Source: a virus. From it: a DNA stretch of 47,621 nt. Each line of letters begins with the position of its first letter. Position 1 is the first letter of the stretch. Below the pieces are notes generated by a model. That model was not told where the DNA came from. It saw only the letters and a program-made list of their open reading frames with translations, and ran no database searches. Below are positions 1 to 8,072 of this stretch, piece after piece. The stretch spans positions 1 through 47,621 of IMG/VR virus record IMGVR_UViG_3300038379_000272; one strand, 5' to 3'. Position numbers and translations under genes: made by a program.

Positions 1-48
1 CCCCCCACGTCGAAAGCAACATTGTTGCTCGCGATGTTCGACGGGGGG
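1..48. other. Nested GC-clamped stem-loop (CCCCCC-A-CGTCGAA-AGCAAC-att-GTTGCT-cgcgatg-TTCGACG-GGGGG)
   Basis: Inverted repeats read directly: 8..14 pairs with 37..43, 15..20 with 24..29, and C-run 1..6 with G-run 44..48. Confidence 0.5.
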
Positions 49-106
49 TCGGCGGGGTCGCGAGGCTCGCGGCGGGGGGTCGGCGGTCCCGGCGGCGGGG
101 GTCGGC
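44..106 (+). repeat. Three direct copies of GGGGGTCGGC (44..53, 75..84, 97..106)
   Basis: Read directly. Spacing is 31 and 22 nt. The copies lie in the non-coding region upstream of the packaging genes. Confidence 0.85.
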
Positions 107-153
107 CTGGCGGTCTCGCCTCACCCTACCCCGCCCGCCTCCCCCGGTCACCT

Positions 154-165
154 CCCCCCGGGGGG
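154..165. repeat. Perfect 12-bp palindrome CCCCCCGGGGGG
   Basis: Read directly in the non-coding region between the two divergent arms. Confidence 0.9.
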
Positions 166-318
166 TATCTAAGTGCCCACACGAAATAAGCACGGTGTAG
201 GATACAACTCCCCGATCTTCCCCCGGAAGAAGGGGGCGTTCCGCCCCCACCTCCTACTGACCCGCCGGTGAACCGGGGCGTTTCGCTACATCTACCGCCC
301 CGCCGCCCGCGTTTTCGC

Positions 319-347
319 TTGACACCTTAACCGCCGCCCCCCATGTT
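319..347 (+). promoter_or_regulatory. Candidate sigma70-like promoter for the + (packaging/structural) arm: TTGACA-N17-CATGTT
   Basis: TTGACA at 319..324 with a weak -10 CATGTT at 342..347. The extended box TTGACACCTTAAC is identical to the one in the minus-strand promoter at 39127..39156. Confidence 0.4.
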
Positions 348-406
348 GGGGGAGACGCGGCGGATCGCCGCCGAGCGAGGCGAAAGGCCTCAAGGGTAGG
401 TGCGTT

Positions 407-931
407 ATGGCTTGGGAGCCCCAAAAGCTTCAGCTCTGGTACGAGGTCCTCATGGACTTCTATGTGCTGAATCCCACTGCGACGGAGGAGGAGGCGGCCG
501 CGGCGCTCAACGTCCACCCGCACACTGTCCACCTCGTGAAGAACAGCGATCTCTGGCAGGCTCGCTTCGCGCAGCGTCGCGAGGCCTTCATCAATAAGGC
601 CGACGCCCTCAGTCTCGAGCGCCTTCAAGGGAAGGTCCTCAAGCTCGCCGAGACCGGCGTCGATGTGCTGACGCAGCGGATCGAAGCGGAGCGGGTGAAC
701 CTGGGCCTAACCTGCGAAGGCGTTCGGGAGACCACCGATATGGCGCTCAAGGCCCTCGGCTATGGTGTCAAGGCGCCGCCGGCAAAGGTCGTGAACAACA
801 CGCAAAACATCGTGATCTCCTCGGGCGAACTCGCCGAGGCTCGCCGCCGGATGCGGCTACAGATGGAGCATGAGCATGGAGAGCGACTCGTCGAGGTCAC
901 TCCCGCTCTTTCGGCCGCCGCAGGGCTTTAG
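407..931 (+). CDS. Putative terminase small subunit / DNA-binding packaging protein
   Basis: ATG at 407, 174 aa. HTH-like segment TEEEAAAALNVHPHTVHLVKN. First gene of the + arm, upstream of terL. Called by position and motif only. Confidence 0.5.
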   Translation: MAWEPQKLQLWYEVLMDFYVLNPTATEEEAAAALNVHPHTVHLVKNSDLWQARFAQRREAFINKADALSLERLQGKVLKLAETGVDVLTQRIEAERVNLGLTCEGVRETTDMALKALGYGVKAPPAKVVNNTQNIVISSGELAEARRRMRLQMEHEHGERLVEVTPALSAAAGL

Positions 932-1427
932 GCCGGCCGAGGACGTTATATGGGCCGAGTTCGCACTCCAAGGTCCCATTCGCGGTCCGAGCCGCCCAAC
1001 GGGCGCTCGCGCGGCCGGGATGCGCTACGAGCGCAAGGCGCACTCGCGCTTTCTCGAACGCTTCTCGCCGGAGCGAGAAGGCGCCCTCTATGCTCCTGCT
1101 CAGTGGATACACTTCCTCGTTCGAGGCGAGTCGAAGGCTCGCTGGTGTCAGCCCGACGGGCTGCTGCTCGACTTCGAGCATTCTCGCATTACGATCATCG
1201 AGATGAAGCTTCACCATACGCAGAACGCCTGGTGGGCGCTGCGGCGGCTCTACGAGCCGGCGGTGAGGGCGATCTTCGGCTCTCGATGGTCCTACGCCGT
1301 CTGCGAGGTCGTCCGTTGGCACGATCCCTCGGTGCTTTGGCCCGAGCCGCTCATCATGACTCCCGACCCCACGAGGCTGCCCCTGAACAGCTTCGGGGTT
1401 CACTTGTGGGACCCTTCCCGCGGCTGA
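870..1427 (+). CDS. Hypothetical protein with PD-(D/E)xK-like nuclease motif
   Basis: 185-aa ORF with a D..E-x-K pattern in QPDGLLLDFEHSRITIIEMKL. The start is uncertain: ATG 870 overlaps the upstream ORF by 62 nt and the next in-frame ATG is 1020. Confidence 0.45.
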   Translation: MSMESDSSRSLPLFRPPQGFRPAEDVIWAEFALQGPIRGPSRPTGARAAGMRYERKAHSRFLERFSPEREGALYAPAQWIHFLVRGESKARWCQPDGLLLDFEHSRITIIEMKLHHTQNAWWALRRLYEPAVRAIFGSRWSYAVCEVVRWHDPSVLWPEPLIMTPDPTRLPLNSFGVHLWDPSRG

Positions 1428-1467
1428 GGCGAAACCTTCCTAGCGAAACCTCTCGCCTCAGCTTTTT
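1423..1467 (+). terminator. Rho-independent-type terminator or attenuator
   Basis: Perfect 10-bp stem GCTGAGGCGA (1423..1432) / TCGCCTCAGC (1453..1462), 20-nt loop, then TTTTT (1463..1467). The 5' arm covers the stop codon of 870..1427. Confidence 0.55.
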
Positions 1468-1564
1468 CCAGGGAGCGACCTAATGGCCCACCTCGACCCC
1501 CTAGGCTTCGCCCTCTTCATGCTCCTAGGGGCTCTCGTCCTTGGCTTAGCAGAGCTGTACGATC

Positions 1565-3157
1565 ATGCTCGACGCAACTGGTAGTCACCTGACCTCCCCC
1601 GCGACGGAGCTCGGCGGCGGGGCCGCCTCCGAGCAGACTACCGTTTCCGAGCTCGTGCAGCTCTGCGCCCTGGACTCGAGGCTCTTCAACAAGACGTTCT
1701 TCCCTAAGGCGTTCCGCCAGGAACCTCCGCTCTTCGACGAGGCGCTTTCGAGGTTCCTCGAAGGTCCCGGAAGGTTGAAGATGTGCCATATCTTCCGCGG
1801 TGGGATGAAAACCACCCGGCTTCGGGCGCTAACCGCAAAGAGGATTGCCTATGGGGTCTCTCGCACTGTCCTCTATATCGGAAAATCCGAGGGACACGCC
1901 ATCCGGTCAGTTGGATGGCTTCGCTCTCAGGTGGAACATAATCGCAACTTCGCCGACACTTTCGGCCTTAGGCCGGGTGTTAAGTGGCAGGACCATGAGG
2001 CTCAAATCCACCACGGCGTGGACGAGGTGCCGATTTGGGTTGTGGGAATGGGCGTTCATGGAAGCGTGCGCGGCATCAACCTCGACGATTACCGCCCCGA
2101 TCTCATTATCCTCGATGATATCATCAGCGAGGAGAACAGTGGTACGCCGGAGCAGCGAGAAAAGATTAACGATCTGGTTTACGGAGCTCTCCTTGAGTCT
2201 CTGGCCCCCGCCAGCGAGGCTCCCGACGCAATGATCGCCGGCCTTCAGACGCCTATCGCGAACGACGACTACTCGATGAAGGCGAAGAGTGATCCGAGCT
2301 GGAAGTACTTTCGCGCGGGATGCTGGACGCCCGAGACCGAGGAGCTACCGCTCCACCAGAGGGAGTCGGTGTGGCCGGCCCGCTGGAGTAGCGAAACCCT
2401 TCGGCAAGAGAAGCTCGACGCCATCGCCCGCAACAAGCTCTCCGCCTTCGTCCGAGAGAAGGAGTGCAAGCTCATTACCCCCGAGACCTCGGCGTTCTTG
2501 CCCTCCTGGGTTCAGCGCTGGCAAGAACTCCCACAAAGCCTCTCGCACATCATGGTGATTGACCCAGTTCCGCCGCCCTCCCCTGCGGCGATCGCCAAGG
2601 GCATGGATAAGAAGGACTTCGAGGCAATCTCGGTCTTGGGCCGCGGCCCAAAGGGTCAGATTTACGTTCGGGAAATCTCCGTCAGCAAGGGCCATGAGCC
2701 CTCGTGGACGCTGATGGAGTTCTTCCGCCTTGCGCGAAAGTACCGTATTCGTAAGGTGGTCGTCGAAAGTGTAGCGTATCAGCGCACTCTCGCCTGGCTC
2801 CTGCGCCAGGCGATGATGACGGAGCGTCTCTATTTCGTCATCGAGGAGTTCGACGACCGGAGGTCGAAGCACAACCGCATACTGGACGGCATCAGCGGGC
2901 CGGCCTCGCAGCACATGCTCTTCCTTCCCCCTTTGCATCTGCCTGAGGCGAACAGCGAGGGCATCCAGATGTTTCTGCAGCAATTCGCCGAGTACCCCAA
3001 CGTCTCTCACGACGATGCTCTCGAGACGGTTGCGATCGGCTGCATGAAGCTTCAGGGCCTGCTCTTCGGCGATAGCGAGGATGACGTTCTCCCGGACGAG
3101 GATGACGAGTACGCCAAGGCGCCCAAGGGCGAAATCGGAAGGACCCTTTCGCCATGA
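1565..3157 (+). CDS. terL: Terminase large subunit
   Basis: 530 aa. P-loop-like FRGGMKTTR and Walker-B-like DLIILDDII, with a C-terminal nuclease-sized domain. ATGA overlap with the following portal-sized gene. Confidence 0.85.
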   Translation: MLDATGSHLTSPATELGGGAASEQTTVSELVQLCALDSRLFNKTFFPKAFRQEPPLFDEALSRFLEGPGRLKMCHIFRGGMKTTRLRALTAKRIAYGVSRTVLYIGKSEGHAIRSVGWLRSQVEHNRNFADTFGLRPGVKWQDHEAQIHHGVDEVPIWVVGMGVHGSVRGINLDDYRPDLIILDDIISEENSGTPEQREKINDLVYGALLESLAPASEAPDAMIAGLQTPIANDDYSMKAKSDPSWKYFRAGCWTPETEELPLHQRESVWPARWSSETLRQEKLDAIARNKLSAFVREKECKLITPETSAFLPSWVQRWQELPQSLSHIMVIDPVPPPSPAAIAKGMDKKDFEAISVLGRGPKGQIYVREISVSKGHEPSWTLMEFFRLARKYRIRKVVVESVAYQRTLAWLLRQAMMTERLYFVIEEFDDRRSKHNRILDGISGPASQHMLFLPPLHLPEANSEGIQMFLQQFAEYPNVSHDDALETVAIGCMKLQGLLFGDSEDDVLPDEDDEYAKAPKGEIGRTLSP

Positions 3158-5115
3158 GTGGGCAGAGTGTTAAACTCGACCCGAAGGGGCCTCTTCACGC
3201 CAGGGTGAAGCAGCAGCTGAACCGGCGCTATAGCCTCTCGGCCCGCCGCATGTGGCGCTTGCATGAGCAGTGGCGGAAGAACGAAGAGCAGTTCATCGCC
3301 TACATGCCGGAGCGAAACGCCGACGCTTTGCGTCGCGACGCTCGCGAGATTGATGGGAAGCCCCAGTACACCACCATCGTCCTACCGTACACTTACGCGA
3401 TGCTCATGAGCGCGCACTCCTACTGGACGACGGTGTTTCTCGGCCGCGCCCCGATCATGCAATTCAGCGGGCGGCATGGCGAGACTGAGCAGCAGATCAT
3501 GGCCGTCGAGGCCCTCATCGACTATCAGATGCAGGTCGGCGAGATGCTCGTTCCCCTTTACTTCTGGCTCCTCGACGCGGGAAAGTACGGGATTGGGGTT
3601 ATCACGAACTACTGGCTGAACGAAGTTAAGTCCATCAGCCGCGTGGTTGAGAAGCCTCAGATGCTCTACGGCATGGAAATCGGCGGGCCTCCGACGAGTG
3701 AGATCGAGACGGTCGAGGTGCCGGGGTATCAGGGCAATAAGCTCTGGAACATCCGGCCCTATGATTACTATCCTGATCCTAGGGTACCACTCCACAGCCC
3801 TCAGCGCGGGGAGTTCGTGGGCTTCCACTCCGAGGTAGGGCTGACGGAAATCCTCAAGCGTACACGCGCGGGAGGCTATATCAACACGCGGGCCGAGCTG
3901 TTAGCTCAGTTCGGCGGCCGCGGCGCAACGGGGCGCGAGCAGGGCTCGGCGCAGGTGCCCTTGCCGAACGACGAAAGCTTCAACGTCAGCTCGGACGAGC
4001 TGGCCGACACCGGGCCTTACGGCCTCATCACCATGTTCGTTGACCTCGTGCCGGCGGAGTGGGGGCTGAGCAAGATCGAGCATCGCGAAAAGTGGGCCTT
4101 CACCGCCGTGGTTCGGGGCAGAGGTGTGACGGAAGGCCAGCTCGGCAACCTCGAGCTGATCATCGAAGCCCGCCCTTTGGGCTGCCTCGTCGATAAGTTC
4201 CCCATCAATGTGCTCGAAATGGAGCCAGAGGGCTATGGTATCACCGCTCGCGGTATGCCGGAGATCCTCCGCCCCCTCCAGAACACGATGGACTGGCTGA
4301 TCAACAGCCATATGTACAACGTCCGCAAGACGATGAACAACCAGTGGCTGGTGGACCCCAGTCGCATCGTCATGAACGACTTCAATGAGCCGATGGCGGG
4401 CGGTGCCATTCGCGCTCGCGCGGCCGCCTACGGGAGTGACCTTCGCACGGCGATCGCACAGCTACCTGTGGTGGACGTAACGAGGGGGCATCTGAGCGAC
4501 ATTATGTTCGTGCATGACTTCGCTCAGCGAGCGGTGGGCGTGAATGATCAGATCATGGGGCTGATCAATCAAGGTGGGCGGAAAACCGCCCAGGAGGTGC
4601 GGAGTTCCTCGACCTTCGGCGTGAACCGCCAGAAAACGATCAGCGAGTTCTATTCCGCAATGGGCTTCGGCCCCCTCGCTTCCCAGCTTGTCGGCTATTC
4701 GCAGCAGTATTACGACGGCCAGATGAAGATGCGGATCGTCGGCGATCTTATGCTCGAGGCCGGGCCGCAGTTCCTTCAGGTCGATCCGCAAAGTATTGCG
4801 GGTAGCTACGACTTCGTGCCAGTGGATGGTACGATGCCGGCCGATCGCTTCGCGCAAGCGAATATGTGGAAAGAGCTTTTGATGGGCATGTCGAAGGTCC
4901 CACAGGTCATGATGCAATATGACCTCGGAAGGATTTTCGGTTGGGTCGCTCAGCTCGGCGGGCTGAAGAACATCTACAAGTTCAGGGTTCAAGTCATGCC
5001 GGACCAGGCGGCCGCGATGGCGGCTCAGGCCGGCAACGTCGTGCCGATGCGCTCGCGCGATCCGAGCGTGGTGGCGGGGCCGAAACAGATACCTCAGATG
5101 GGAACGCCGGGATGA
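3154..5115 (+). CDS. Portal protein
   Basis: 653 aa, translationally coupled (ATGA) to terL. Size and position are canonical for a portal. Confidence 0.75.
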   Translation: MSGQSVKLDPKGPLHARVKQQLNRRYSLSARRMWRLHEQWRKNEEQFIAYMPERNADALRRDAREIDGKPQYTTIVLPYTYAMLMSAHSYWTTVFLGRAPIMQFSGRHGETEQQIMAVEALIDYQMQVGEMLVPLYFWLLDAGKYGIGVITNYWLNEVKSISRVVEKPQMLYGMEIGGPPTSEIETVEVPGYQGNKLWNIRPYDYYPDPRVPLHSPQRGEFVGFHSEVGLTEILKRTRAGGYINTRAELLAQFGGRGATGREQGSAQVPLPNDESFNVSSDELADTGPYGLITMFVDLVPAEWGLSKIEHREKWAFTAVVRGRGVTEGQLGNLELIIEARPLGCLVDKFPINVLEMEPEGYGITARGMPEILRPLQNTMDWLINSHMYNVRKTMNNQWLVDPSRIVMNDFNEPMAGGAIRARAAAYGSDLRTAIAQLPVVDVTRGHLSDIMFVHDFAQRAVGVNDQIMGLINQGGRKTAQEVRSSSTFGVNRQKTISEFYSAMGFGPLASQLVGYSQQYYDGQMKMRIVGDLMLEAGPQFLQVDPQSIAGSYDFVPVDGTMPADRFAQANMWKELLMGMSKVPQVMMQYDLGRIFGWVAQLGGLKNIYKFRVQVMPDQAAAMAAQAGNVVPMRSRDPSVVAGPKQIPQMGTPG

Positions 5116-5549
5116 GAGAGGACCTCGATATTCGGGTAATGGGGCGAGCGGAGCTTGAGGTTCTCGCTGAGGACGACCGCAACGATATGGTACTCCTCAG
5201 GGGGCTTCTCGCCCATGCCGGCTGGCCGAAGTTCGTCGAGCTGGTGGAGCACAACGCCCATCACGCTCAGGTCGCCAACGGCGGGAGAGTTCTTCCCACC
5301 CTTGATGATGCTCTCGAGCATAACCGCCAGGTTGGCGTCGTTCAGGGGCTGCAACGCAGCCTTTCACTCCCGGAGGCCTTTACAGAAGCGCTGGCCTCTC
5401 GCATTGACCTTATCAACGCGCGCATAAAGGAGCTAGACGATGCCGCTACCCAAGATCCTCCGCCAGACGGCGGAACCGAGCGGGGGGACCCCGACTCCGA
5501 GTTCGACACCTTCACCAACTCCGGAGGCGACGCCGGCCTCAGCCCCTGA
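5112..5549 (+). CDS. Hypothetical protein (head module)
   Basis: Internal ATG 5112 of listed ORF 4941..5549 forms an ATGA overlap with the portal stop. 145 aa. The last 110 nt overlap the next gene out of frame. Confidence 0.5.
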   Translation: MREDLDIRVMGRAELEVLAEDDRNDMVLLRGLLAHAGWPKFVELVEHNAHHAQVANGGRVLPTLDDALEHNRQVGVVQGLQRSLSLPEAFTEALASRIDLINARIKELDDAATQDPPPDGGTERGDPDSEFDTFTNSGGDAGLSP

Positions 5550-6393
5550 GAGTCAGGTTCTCGAGAGCCTCCCTAGCGACGAGGTCGATGAGGACTTCGG
5601 CCCTGACGTCGATTTGGGCTTCATGGACGGCGGGCCGGCGCCAGCCGAAGGCACTCCAAGTGTAGCGCCAGCTGCACCTCAGGGCGATAGCGCGCAAGCT
5701 CCGGCTCCGGCCGCGGCGGCGGCGGCTCCACCGGCGGTCCCGGCGGCGGCCCCCGCTCCCGCACCGGCGGCGGCACCTGCAGCTTCGCCACCCGTGGCAC
5801 CCGCGGCAGCTCCCGCGGCACCGCCACAGCCTGCGCAGCCTCAGGCAACCTACGGCGATTGGCGGAGACAGGCGGAAGCCGCGCTCGCCAAGACCCACTT
5901 CGCATTGACGAAGGAAGAACTCGAGCTAGTCGAGACCAACCCGGCCGAGGCGATCCCGCGGATCGCGGCCAAGGTGTACTTCGACGCGGTGGAGGCGGCG
6001 ACTGCCGCGGTTCACCAATATCTGCCTGGAATGATCCAGCAACAGACGGCAAGGATCGCTCAAATCGGCAAAAACGAGGAGGAGTTCTTCTCGTCATGGC
6101 CGGCTTTGGTCGATAAGAAATCTGAAGTGGAGCGCATTGGTCTGGTGTATCGGCAAGCAAATCCGCAAGCGAGCAAAGAGGATTTCATCAAACACGTTGG
6201 CCTGATGGCCAGCAACATCCTCGGTGTTCCGTTGCCGACACCCAAGGCGCCGGCCGCGGCGAGAGCTGCGGCGGCTCCGGCCTTTGTACCGGCGGTGGGC
6301 GCTGTCCCTGCCGGTGGGGCTCCTAAAGGAAAGAAGAACGTCTTTGCTGAGCTCACTGAGCTCGATAGCCGAGACGATAGTGACGAGGACTAG
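5440..6393 (+). CDS. Putative scaffolding protein
   Basis: AAGGAG lies 7 nt upstream of ATG 5440. 317 aa with a long Pro/Ala low-complexity tract and a helical C-half. Located between portal and major capsid. Confidence 0.6.
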   Translation: MPLPKILRQTAEPSGGTPTPSSTPSPTPEATPASAPESQVLESLPSDEVDEDFGPDVDLGFMDGGPAPAEGTPSVAPAAPQGDSAQAPAPAAAAAAPPAVPAAAPAPAPAAAPAASPPVAPAAAPAAPPQPAQPQATYGDWRRQAEAALAKTHFALTKEELELVETNPAEAIPRIAAKVYFDAVEAATAAVHQYLPGMIQQQTARIAQIGKNEEEFFSSWPALVDKKSEVERIGLVYRQANPQASKEDFIKHVGLMASNILGVPLPTPKAPAAARAAAAPAFVPAVGAVPAGGAPKGKKNVFAELTELDSRDDSDED

Positions 6394-6396
6394 CAA

Positions 6397-7647
6397 ATGG
6401 CTGCAGTAGCTGGTGTTCGCGGAACAGGTGATTGGGGCACCGACGAGCGCCCTAAGAACTTCCGCGAGTATATCCTCTGGAGGAACCCGAACGGTGGCTT
6501 GCCCATCCTCGGCCTCATGGGGAAAACGGGAAAAGAGACTACGGATGACCCGGAGTTCTCTTGGTGGGATGAGCCGGTGGATTTGATCCGGCTTCAGGCC
6601 AACGGCGCCCATGCCTCGGGCGACACGCTGATCAATGTCGATTCAGCCGACCCGAGCATCAGCGCTCCTGGTAATCTGTGGGGAGTGGCGACACACCTCA
6701 CGCCGGGTGATGTTCTGATGGTGGAGCCAGCGGCCGACGCCGCGAGCTTCACGCCGGAATACATCGAAGTGACGCAGGTGCTCTCTGAGACTCAGTTCAC
6801 CGCACGGCGCGGTGTGGCCGGCTCGACAGCGGGCTCGATCTCGGACAATGCTTTTCTGCTGAAGATCGGTACGACCTTCTCAGAAGGCACGTCAGAGCCG
6901 AAGGCGACTTCGCGCAACCCGATCAAGTACAGCAACTTCACGCAGATCTTCAAAACGACCTATGACGTGACGGGCACGGCGAGCGAGACGAAGGCCCGCA
7001 CAGGGGACATTCTGAAGAACGAGCGGAAGCGGCGAGCGCTCGATCACGGCAAGGACCAGGAACTCGCGTTCCTGTTCGGGCGGAAGAGCGAGGTCACCGG
7101 CGAGAACGGTAAGCCGAAACGGACGTTCGACGGTATCCGTCGCTTCATCCCAACGGTCAATACGACGGTCTTTACGGCTGCCGTTACCTTCACCGGCGCC
7201 ACCAACAACTTCCTCGACTCCGTCTACAAGGTCTTCGACTACGAGACCGAGGCCGGCGACGAGCGTATGGCGATCTGCGGAAACGCAGCGCTGAACGAAC
7301 TGAACAAGATCGTGGCGAAAGACACGAACAGCGAAATTCAGTTCGGCGAGGTGATCAAGATGTACGGGATGAACCTTCGGGAGCTGATCCTCCCGCAGGG
7401 GCGCCTGTACCTCCGCACGCATCCGCTTCTCAACCGCCATCCGACGCTGTATGGCAAGTCGATGTGGTTGCTCGACTTCACGGCCCTCAAACTTCGGCCG
7501 ATGAAGGGCAGAGACACGAAGTTCCAGGACAACATCCAGCAGAAGGGCGAGGATAGTGTTCGGGGCCAGTGGATCGGCGAGCTTGGGCTGGAAGTCCGCT
7601 ACGGCGGGCTGACCTGCGGCTATCTCGGCAACATCAGCGCGACGTAA
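6397..7647 (+). CDS. Major capsid protein
   Basis: 416 aa with a GAGGA RBS. Follows the scaffold gene directly. Size fits HK97-fold capsid proteins. Confidence 0.8.
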   Translation: MAAVAGVRGTGDWGTDERPKNFREYILWRNPNGGLPILGLMGKTGKETTDDPEFSWWDEPVDLIRLQANGAHASGDTLINVDSADPSISAPGNLWGVATHLTPGDVLMVEPAADAASFTPEYIEVTQVLSETQFTARRGVAGSTAGSISDNAFLLKIGTTFSEGTSEPKATSRNPIKYSNFTQIFKTTYDVTGTASETKARTGDILKNERKRRALDHGKDQELAFLFGRKSEVTGENGKPKRTFDGIRRFIPTVNTTVFTAAVTFTGATNNFLDSVYKVFDYETEAGDERMAICGNAALNELNKIVAKDTNSEIQFGEVIKMYGMNLRELILPQGRLYLRTHPLLNRHPTLYGKSMWLLDFTALKLRPMKGRDTKFQDNIQQKGEDSVRGQWIGELGLEVRYGGLTCGYLGNISAT

Positions 7648-7657
7648 GGAGGCGAAA

Positions 7658-8020
7658 ATGTCGAGTGATCGCAGAGACTTTGGAGACTTTGAGCGGCTGA
7701 AGAGCCGGCAGACTGTCAACGACTACTTCCGTCAGGCGACGGGGATCGTGGACAACTTTCCGGTGCCTTCGGCTGGGCCGTCTACCCTCTTTCTGAGGGC
7801 GACGACAGCCCGTGACGTTCTACTGCCTTTCGTCAATTCTGACATGGACGGCAGGGTGCTCACCATCTACAACGAGGGAACCGGCGTGATTACGCTGAAA
7901 ACCTCGAGCGATGCGGCTCTTTCGCCGGCGCGGACCATCAGCGGCAATGCCTCGATGGTCGTACAGGCGGTGAACGGCCTCGCGCAGACAGCGGCCTGGA
8001 AGGCCCTGTCGGTGACGTAA
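7658..8020 (+). CDS. Hypothetical virion protein (possible head decoration)
   Basis: 120 aa. GGAGG RBS directly after the capsid stop. Beta-rich sequence, followed by the stem-loop at 8028..8054. Confidence 0.5.
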   Translation: MSSDRRDFGDFERLKSRQTVNDYFRQATGIVDNFPVPSAGPSTLFLRATTARDVLLPFVNSDMDGRVLTIYNEGTGVITLKTSSDAALSPARTISGNASMVVQAVNGLAQTAAWKALSVT

Positions 8021-8027
8021 GCGAAGT

Positions 8028-8054
8028 GAGGGTGGGAGGGCAACCTCCCCCCTC
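8028..8054 (+). other. Stem-loop with GCAA tetraloop after the capsid genes (no U-tract)
   Basis: GAGGG-t-GGGAGG gcaa CCTCCC-CCCTC gives 11 bp with one bulge. It could attenuate transcription or stabilise the mRNA. Confidence 0.35.
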
Positions 8055-8072
8055 TACTCCAGGGAGACTCAT

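Larger units (their letters stand above)
1..127. repeat. Left copy of exact 127-bp direct terminal repeat (partner 47495..47621)
   Basis: Bases 1..127 (ccccccacgtcgaaagcaac...ggtctcgcctcaccct) read identical to 47495..47621. This implies a circular or terminally redundant genome with a 47,494-bp unit. 127 nt is also a common assembler k-mer overlap. Confidence 0.95.

Noticed and set aside
1-127. Interpreting the 127-bp repeats as inverted repeats or att sites of a mobile element or prophage
   Set aside because: The repeats are direct and exact and sit at the very contig ends. The content is a full virion, lysis and replication gene set with no integrase. A circular assembly overlap is the simplest reading.
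254-628. 124-aa minus-strand ORF antisense to the terS-like gene and the promoter region
   Set aside because: It is a shadow ORF typical of GC-rich DNA. It overlaps a better-supported + strand gene, has no SD, and would run through the candidate + promoter.
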